From Candidatus Iainarchaeum sp. (GTDB lineage Archaea; Iainarchaeota; Iainarchaeia; Iainarchaeales; GCA-2688035), in assembly GCA_017610205.1 (NCBI GenBank), contig JAFCCL010000006.1:32001-96000 (forward strand): 64,000 bases of DNA, in the 5' to 3' direction. Below the pieces are notes generated by a model. It saw only the letters and a list, made by a program, of their open reading frames with translations. It was not told where the DNA came from and did no database searches. The translations under genes were made by a program, and so were the position numbers. This document shows positions 57,215-64,000 of the stretch, one piece after another (positions within the stretch are counted from its first letter, which is position 1; the number at the start of each line of letters is the position of its first letter).

Positions 57215-57316
57215 TTTAAAACACCAAAAATGCGCCAAAAAAGGCACAATATAAAGATTTTAATAGTTGTTAAGATATAAAAATGATAACGTTTAAGAAA
57301 AAAAAGGCTGAAAACC

Positions 57317-58318
57317 ATGCAAAACGAAATACTGATACAAAATGGCATTAGGGCAATTATTCTAATAGCAATGATTTTTGTTTTACTATTTTTGCTGACA
57401 TTTACAGGAGTAATAGGATGCAGTGAAATTCCAATGGCAGGAGAAGCATGGTGCGACGTTTACTGGACAATCAAAACCTATACAACAGGCGGACCACGCG
57501 TTCTAATAGTATACGGAGACTCAGGTCTTGGAAACCCAATAGGGTTTAACAACGGAAGCCTTGAAGAACTTCTTGCAGACCCAAATCTTCTTTCGGTTCA
57601 CGCAGATACACAGCATATTGACAACCTAAGCTACGGAGTTCTGCAAAACTATGACATAGTAATAGTTGACAGGGCAAAAGAAATTGAAACAAAGCAATTA
57701 AGGATGTTTATAGACTATGCATCAAATCCAACAGGCGGAGTACTTGTATGGACAGGTGATGCAGGAACCAAACTTGGACCAAATGACCACCCGGTTTACA
57801 CAGAAGACAAAGATCCTTCCACAGATACAAATACAATCCTTGGACCATGGTCAAGAAGAGACGAAGATTACATAATTTCGTTTGATGAGCTTTTAGGAGT
57901 AAAGCCTGTTGACAATGAAAAAATTACTTTCTGCGAACTCTTTTCATGCCGTGAAGGAATGCCAATGCTGGCAGGAAATATTGAAACAGAACCAAGCGGA
58001 AACCACCCGCTTATAAGAGGAATTACAAGATCGCTGCCATTATATGTCTTCAAAGGAGAAGACTTTGGAATTGTTGAAACACTTTCAGGAGGAATTACAA
58101 ACGAAGTCCTCTCCCTTGACTTTGGAAGCAAAATGAGCGTAGCCGGATATGACCTCAACAAAAGTGTGCCACTAATTGTAACATCGGGAATCGGTGAAAG
58201 AATAATTTACTACGCGCTTCCCATTGAATACTATGCAAACCCCGAACTTGAAAAGGCAGGAAAAGCAACATACCTGCTTCCAATAGAAAACATGTACTAC
58301 GGAATCATAAAAGGGTGA
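57317..58318 (+). CDS. membrane-anchored extracellular protein (GATase-like fold suspected)
   Basis: N-terminal TM; LQNYDIVIVD, GGVLVWTGDAG; paralogous to 62986-63834. Confidence 0.75.
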   Translation: MQNEILIQNGIRAIILIAMIFVLLFLLTFTGVIGCSEIPMAGEAWCDVYWTIKTYTTGGPRVLIVYGDSGLGNPIGFNNGSLEELLADPNLLSVHADTQHIDNLSYGVLQNYDIVIVDRAKEIETKQLRMFIDYASNPTGGVLVWTGDAGTKLGPNDHPVYTEDKDPSTDTNTILGPWSRRDEDYIISFDELLGVKPVDNEKITFCELFSCREGMPMLAGNIETEPSGNHPLIRGITRSLPLYVFKGEDFGIVETLSGGITNEVLSLDFGSKMSVAGYDLNKSVPLIVTSGIGERIIYYALPIEYYANPELEKAGKATYLLPIENMYYGIIKG

Positions 58319-58397
58319 AGCAACGCATTAAATAAAAAAATCTGGCAATTAAAAAAAACAAAGCATTAAATAAAAAAAAACCTTTAATTAACACAGC

Positions 58398-60806
58398 ATG
58401 CAACAAAAACACATTGCAACAGCACTAATTTTTATAGCCTTGATAAGCACAGCAAACGCAGCTACTTACTATGTGGCGCCCTACGGTAACGACGCGCATA
58501 CAAAACAACAAGCACAAAATGCCACAACTCCTTGGGCCACCATAAACTATGGAACTAGCCAGCTATTAGCCGGCGATACTCTTTTGGTTAGAGAAGGAAC
58601 GTATAGAGAAAGTGTTAATATAAAGGTAAATGGCACAGAAGCAGATAGAATTACCATAAAAGCATATTTAGGAGAAAAGCCAATTCTAGAAGGCACGCAA
58701 GTCACAGGTGGTTGGGCAAAGTGCGTGTCTAAAGAGGAATGCCTTGACAATATTAATTGGCAGAATATCTACTATGCAAAAACGAACATAAATCCAGAAG
58801 AAAAACTGTTTTTTGAAGATGGAGAATATCTACAAATAGCTCAAGAGCCTAACCAAAGCGATCCTGCCTTAGAGCAGGTTAGCGAATTTAGCTCTCTTGA
58901 GAATGAAGGAAACAATTTTGGGCATCAAATAATAGCAATAAATCCAGGGCAAGCAGAAGTTGGTTCTTTTAGTATATCAGACCCAGATGGTTTTTATTCA
59001 ACGTTGTTTAAAGAGGGGGAAACAATTATTGTAGGAATTAAAAGCGGGTCAAATAAGAACAATGGAAACTACAGTTTGACAATGGATGCAACTAACCTTA
59101 ATGGTACCACAACACTTACTGTTGATAGAGAGGTTTTTGATGCACTTTATGATAACATTGAAGTTGAAAACCAGAGATTTTTTGTTGATAGTGATAAATT
59201 AATTCAAGATGATGATTATTGGAATGGAACAAAAATAAGATTTTGGTCTCATGCAGCAAATAACTGGGTTGACACAAAATATGTGAAAAGATTTATCCAA
59301 GCCAGACACATGGTTGTTTTTGATGTTCCTCTTGGCTGGGCAGTTTCTCCTGGAGGAACAAGCCCTGATGCATATTCATTCCAAAACCATCCATTAATTT
59401 TAGATAAAGCAGATGAATATTATTATACCACACAGCCAGATATAGATGGGAATTATACAGTTTATTTGTGGCCAAGAAATGCTTCAGATTTAGACAATAA
59501 AATCGGCATTTCTATTTTCATAAGAGGCTTTTACATTAATTCTAAATATGGGAGTTATGTAACTATAGACGGTTTTACTATTAGAAGCTATTCTGGGACT
59601 GAAGGGGGCACTCGATCAGGCGGAATTATCTGTCCCTATGGTTTTAACCATGAGAGTTTAATAATAAAAAATAACCTTGTTTATAACAACAAAGGGTATG
59701 GCGGGATTGCAATAAGTTCAGGCAATTATGATATAGTTGAAGGCAATCTTGTTTACAACATTTTGGATGGATTCGGAATTTTACTTGCAGGAACAAATGG
59801 AAAAGCAACAGGAAACAATATTACAAAAACAGGGAGGACCTGTCTTTATGTAAGTTTAAAAAAAGGGTTACTTACGAACAATGTTCTTGGTATCGGCTCT
59901 ACCCATGCAAATGGAATAAGTATCTATGCAGGGAACGAAAATATTTTAGTGTCTGGCAACAGGTTTATGAATAACAACTTAACTTTTCAAAGCTGCCGCA
60001 ATCTTACAATTTATAACAATATATTGGACAGCAAAGAAGGAAACTATGTTATCGCAGACTGGAGCAAAAATGGAGAAAACGTTTACATTTTTAACAACAT
60101 AATCACAGGCACTAGCAATAATGCTGCTCTTTATGCAACATCTCCAACAACCACTTCTAAAAATAATATAATTGGAGGAAGCTCTACTATTAACAGAAGC
60201 CATAATATTTACATTGCAAGAGCTTGGAACCAAAAACCAAGTTATGGGTGGTTATTGCAGGAAGAAGAAATTGTTGCAGACGGAACAACAATATACGGTC
60301 CGGCATATACAGTTAATGACATTTTTCAGGATATTTCCACATCCTATGAATTAAAAGAAAACAGCATCGCAATTGACAAGGGGACAAACATTATAACCGA
60401 GTTACCGGATTATTTACAAGATCCATTTTTCGCAGAGGTTGATTTTTTAAAAGATATTGATGGAAATCCACGGCCACAAGGCAATGGATTTGACATTGGA
60501 CCATACGAATTTCAAAGCAATGCAACGCAAACATGCGCTGGCACTGACTCAAACTGTGGCACCTGGCCAAACTGCCAAAACTGCAACAGCCAAGACGGCT
60601 GCATTGAAACAGCTTACAGAAACTACAGCTGTGAAGGAACAAACTGCAGCTACACAGAACAAGCAGACGACCCAAGATGCCAAGCAGTAGAATGCGTTGA
60701 CCTAACAGCACTAACAGACCACATTTCCCAATGGAAACAAGGCAACCTAACAATGCTTGCTCTAATGGAAAAGATTCAATTGTGGAAAGCAGAAACAGGA
60801 TGCTAA
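58398..60806 (+). CDS. secreted right-handed beta-helix protein with Cys-rich C-terminus
   Basis: TYYVAP.GND, PWATI, GDTLLVREGTYRE, Asn-rich repeats, DIDGNPRPQGNGFDIGPYEF. Confidence 0.88.
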   Translation: MQQKHIATALIFIALISTANAATYYVAPYGNDAHTKQQAQNATTPWATINYGTSQLLAGDTLLVREGTYRESVNIKVNGTEADRITIKAYLGEKPILEGTQVTGGWAKCVSKEECLDNINWQNIYYAKTNINPEEKLFFEDGEYLQIAQEPNQSDPALEQVSEFSSLENEGNNFGHQIIAINPGQAEVGSFSISDPDGFYSTLFKEGETIIVGIKSGSNKNNGNYSLTMDATNLNGTTTLTVDREVFDALYDNIEVENQRFFVDSDKLIQDDDYWNGTKIRFWSHAANNWVDTKYVKRFIQARHMVVFDVPLGWAVSPGGTSPDAYSFQNHPLILDKADEYYYTTQPDIDGNYTVYLWPRNASDLDNKIGISIFIRGFYINSKYGSYVTIDGFTIRSYSGTEGGTRSGGIICPYGFNHESLIIKNNLVYNNKGYGGIAISSGNYDIVEGNLVYNILDGFGILLAGTNGKATGNNITKTGRTCLYVSLKKGLLTNNVLGIGSTHANGISIYAGNENILVSGNRFMNNNLTFQSCRNLTIYNNILDSKEGNYVIADWSKNGENVYIFNNIITGTSNNAALYATSPTTTSKNNIIGGSSTINRSHNIYIARAWNQKPSYGWLLQEEEIVADGTTIYGPAYTVNDIFQDISTSYELKENSIAIDKGTNIITELPDYLQDPFFAEVDFLKDIDGNPRPQGNGFDIGPYEFQSNATQTCAGTDSNCGTWPNCQNCNSQDGCIETAYRNYSCEGTNCSYTEQADDPRCQAVECVDLTALTDHISQWKQGNLTMLALMEKIQLWKAETGC

Positions 60807-60870
60807 AAAAAAACAAGAGAAAACAATTATATAGGAATTTGAAGCAATAGAATTAAAGAAAGTGGAAAAA

Positions 60871-61128
60871 ATGGGTAAAAAAATTATTTTAGTGTTTGCT
60901 GCCTTAGTGATTTTGGCTGGTGGCAGCCTTGCTTCCGGTGTTTCAAGAAGCTTTAGCAGCAATGTTGAACCAGGAGCCGACCTCAAAGTAATGCTTATCG
61001 TAGAGACTGAAGGCGATGAAACTTACTATGCAATAGACGAATTGGTGCCAAAAGGCTGGACAGTAAAAAGCAGCGGAAGCGAAAGACCAAATAAGATAAA
61101 AGCAATAGAAGGAAAAATCGATGAATAA
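60871..61128 (+). pseudogene. truncated duplicate of the N-terminus of 61121-62611
   Basis: VSRSF...ETYYAIDELVPKGWTV versus VSRNF...ETYYAIDESIPTGWTV. Confidence 0.6.
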
Positions 61129-62611
61129 CAAAGCTGTTTTGCTATTTGCAATTTTTGTAATGTTTTTTGGAAGCGCTTATGCGTCAACAGTTTCAAGAAA
61201 CTTTAGTGAGACAACAGTTGAAATTGACAGTAATGTAACTGTAACACTAACTGTTGACATTACCGGAAGTGAAACTTATTATGCAATAGACGAAAGCATT
61301 CCAACAGGGTGGACAGTGGCTTATGCTGATAACGAACCTGATTCAATACAACAGTCAGGGCATATAAAATTGGTTGTGATAGAAAACGCGACAAACACGA
61401 CACACACATACATTCTGACAGCACCAAACCAAGCCGAAACAACAACCTTTTTAGGCATATACATGCTTGAGGGAATGAACAATGAAGCGCAAATTTCTGG
61501 AGAAAACCAAGTAACTGTTGCTTCAGACAGCTGCGCAACAGATGATGATTGCCCTAGCCAAATATGCTGCAGCAGAATATGCATCAATCCAGCATGCAGC
61601 CTGAACTCAGATTGCGACGACGGAGACGCCTGCACAACAGACTCCTGCGGTGATGGAGGCACCTGCACAGCAGCCTGCTCAAACACGCCAATAGAAGGAT
61701 GTGGCGAAGAACCAGAGCCAGCATCAGGGCCAGGAGGCGGAAGCTCAGGAGGCGGTGGAGACACTGGCAACAGGTTAACCATCAACATAGAAGGAAGCTG
61801 CCTAAGGCAACCAATCACTATAACAGTACTAAACCAACAAGGAAATCCGTTAACAGGAGCATTTACAAGAGTAACAAAAAACCGGACAACTGTTGAAACA
61901 AAAACAACAAACCAGACAGGAAAAAACACATTTGTATTTGAAGAACCAGGAGAATACACAATCTACACAACCAAACCAGGATACCATGCAAACACCAAAA
62001 CAATCCAAGTCAGAGAATGCAAACCACCAACAGCACACTTCGAACAAGAAATAAAAACAGGCCAAACACAAACAATAACACTAACAACAGATGACGGCAA
62101 TACAATAACAGACTTCAACGTCCTGATAACATACCCAAACAATACAACAGCACTGCTTGAAGCAAAAGATGGGGCGATAATACTGCCAGCAGAGGAAGCA
62201 GGAACATACACAGCAACAGTAACAACAACAGACTTTCAAACAACAGTAAACTTTGAAGCAACAACACCAATGCAAATAATCCCAAACATCAAACCAGACG
62301 CAAGACCAGTAGTCAGCGCAGTACTAGGAGAAGAAACAGTCCAAACACCAAACTACCTAATCATATGGATACTAGCAGTAGCAATCATAAGTGGACTAAT
62401 CATAGAAATAACAAAAGTCAAGCCAGGATGGTTCAGAATATTCATGGCAACAACATACACAACCCTGCCATTAGTAGTAAATTACTACACAAACATCTGG
62501 ATAGCCTTCGCAACAATAGCAATACAAACAGTAATCCTAACAGCACTATACTTCAACCAATGGAGAATAAAAAAAGCACTACAAGCAATAAGCAAACTTG
62601 AAAATAATTAA
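61121..62611 (+). CDS. secreted/membrane-anchored surface protein with Cys-rich module and Ig-like domains
   Basis: Signal peptide, CDDGDACTTDSC, GGGSSGGGG linker, C-terminal TM helices. Confidence 0.85.
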   Translation: MNNKAVLLFAIFVMFFGSAYASTVSRNFSETTVEIDSNVTVTLTVDITGSETYYAIDESIPTGWTVAYADNEPDSIQQSGHIKLVVIENATNTTHTYILTAPNQAETTTFLGIYMLEGMNNEAQISGENQVTVASDSCATDDDCPSQICCSRICINPACSLNSDCDDGDACTTDSCGDGGTCTAACSNTPIEGCGEEPEPASGPGGGSSGGGGDTGNRLTINIEGSCLRQPITITVLNQQGNPLTGAFTRVTKNRTTVETKTTNQTGKNTFVFEEPGEYTIYTTKPGYHANTKTIQVRECKPPTAHFEQEIKTGQTQTITLTTDDGNTITDFNVLITYPNNTTALLEAKDGAIILPAEEAGTYTATVTTTDFQTTVNFEATTPMQIIPNIKPDARPVVSAVLGEETVQTPNYLIIWILAVAIISGLIIEITKVKPGWFRIFMATTYTTLPLVVNYYTNIWIAFATIAIQTVILTALYFNQWRIKKALQAISKLENN

Positions 62612-62985
62612 AAAAAAATGTTTGATTAATGCGGCAATTTTTTTCAGCAAATCTTTTCTTTGCTTTTTTGGAAACTTTTGTTTTCTTTGAAGCCATCTAT
62701 AAAAATAAAGGAAAAAGAGAATTTAGTACTTTGCCTTCAAGAAGTTTTTAAACAAGGTCCAACTTAAGCAAAATCTAATTAACCAACAAAAGTCCAATCC
62801 ATGAAATGGCAACAGAATTTACCTACAACGCCAAGGAAAAGAAAAGCTTTATAAATAACAAAAGACTTCTATTGACTTAGAGTGCCTCCCTCAAAAAGGA
62901 AAGGTTAAAAAGGGAGAAAAGCACCAAATATTAATAGAATTATTAACATATTAATTGGAAAAAATTAACGAAGGTGAGTATTAGG

Positions 62986-63834
62986 ATGTATCCAGAAGAC
63001 GCAGGAGGAGAACCGGCACAAGGTGGCGGAATGAAAGCAGGCGTTACAAGAAATCTTGAGGCCCTAATTCCGTTAATTCTGATTGTCATAATAGCTGCAT
63101 TCTTAGGTCACAAATTTGGATTGTGGACAATCCCATTTTTGGGAGGAGATAATCAGGTCCAGATGCTGGTAGTAGGCCAGCCAAGTGTTGACCTGCTTGC
63201 AGACCTTGACAACCAGCGAGATTTGGTATACTACAGAGTAAAAGATGCTTCAGATTTAGATGCAGCACCACAAGAGCAGCTAGCTCAATATGACATTGTT
63301 TTGCTTGACCAGCATATGGGAATAACGCCATATGACAAAAGTGTCTCAAGGACTTTTGGCGAAGCACTTGAAAACTATGTCAAAACAGGCGGAAAGCTAA
63401 TAACCGTAATGGATTCAGGAATTTATAGATCTGGAGGAATTTACGGAACAGGGGTTGCATCAGACGTAATAGGTTGGAGAGCAACATTTGGCGATATTAT
63501 ACCAGTTGAATGTGATCTTGGGCCAAACGACATTCCGACATGCAAGCAGCCAATTGCAACAACAGGCAAAATTTACAGGTTGGACTTTGACAACAAAATG
63601 ATGGAAGGCATAGAAGTTGCCCCAGCAGACCCAAGATATGGTCCACTGAACATACTAACATTTGATGTCAAACCAAACGGAAATCAGGTTGCCTACATAA
63701 AACATATTGCGACTGCAAGCAACTACCCAGGAATAGTTGAAAAAAATCTCCTAATAGGAAAAAGCATTTACTTCAACTACGACCCAGCTATAACTCCTGG
63801 AATCTGGCAAAACACTCTGGAATATCTGCGCTAA
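62986..63834 (+). CDS. membrane-anchored extracellular protein, paralog of 57317-58318
   Basis: TM helix, LAQYDIVLLD, YVKTGGKLITVMDSG; AGGTGA RBS. Confidence 0.78.
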   Translation: MYPEDAGGEPAQGGGMKAGVTRNLEALIPLILIVIIAAFLGHKFGLWTIPFLGGDNQVQMLVVGQPSVDLLADLDNQRDLVYYRVKDASDLDAAPQEQLAQYDIVLLDQHMGITPYDKSVSRTFGEALENYVKTGGKLITVMDSGIYRSGGIYGTGVASDVIGWRATFGDIIPVECDLGPNDIPTCKQPIATTGKIYRLDFDNKMMEGIEVAPADPRYGPLNILTFDVKPNGNQVAYIKHIATASNYPGIVEKNLLIGKSIYFNYDPAITPGIWQNTLEYLR

Positions 63835-64000
63835 TGCAAAGGCATTCCAGCAATTTTTTCTTTTTTAAAAAAAAACCAGGCACAGCCTTAGACAGTGTAG
63901 GGAATGATATTAGACATTGCATAATTCACTAATTACGATAAAATGGTAAAATAAAACATATTTATAAAAAAAGGTTGTAGGCATATTTTTTTAGAAAAGG

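Noticed and set aside
60871-61320. DGR template/variable repeat pair
   Set aside because: Differences are not adenine-specific and no reverse transcriptase is present
62880-62925. Hairpin GTGC-CTCCCT...AGGGAG-GCAC after a TATA box as a riboswitch
   Set aside because: Single simple stem with no recognisable aptamer

Overview
Archaeal chromosome segment, most likely a DPANN lineage; Iainarchaeota/Diapherotrites-like is an inference from gene content and style. Archaeal markers include thermosome, deoxyhypusine synthase, Sec61-beta, NucS and RNase HII with PIP boxes, a histone-fold protein and class III pilins. Housekeeping genes (eno, prs, scpB, rnhB, lysC, ths, ileS, dys) alternate with a type IV pilus locus (16.4-28.5 kb), glycan enzymes, surface proteins, two IS elements and at least six toxin-antitoxin modules. 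Main observations: (1) a C/D-box guide sRNA gene whose 3' end is duplicated twice, delimiting tandem integrase-free TA cassettes, and at least four other small modules also bracketed by 25-49 bp direct repeats; (2) a bacterial sigma-70-like protein among a set of orphans with Lys/Arg-rich N-termini; (3) a rare tRNA-Ile(UAU) with a structured leader directly upstream of ileS; (4) a GH63-like hydrolase with its normal N-terminal segment relocated near the C-terminus; (5) a membrane-domain/AdoMetDC-like fusion next to deoxyhypusine synthase. All assignments come from motif recognition by eye; no searches were run.
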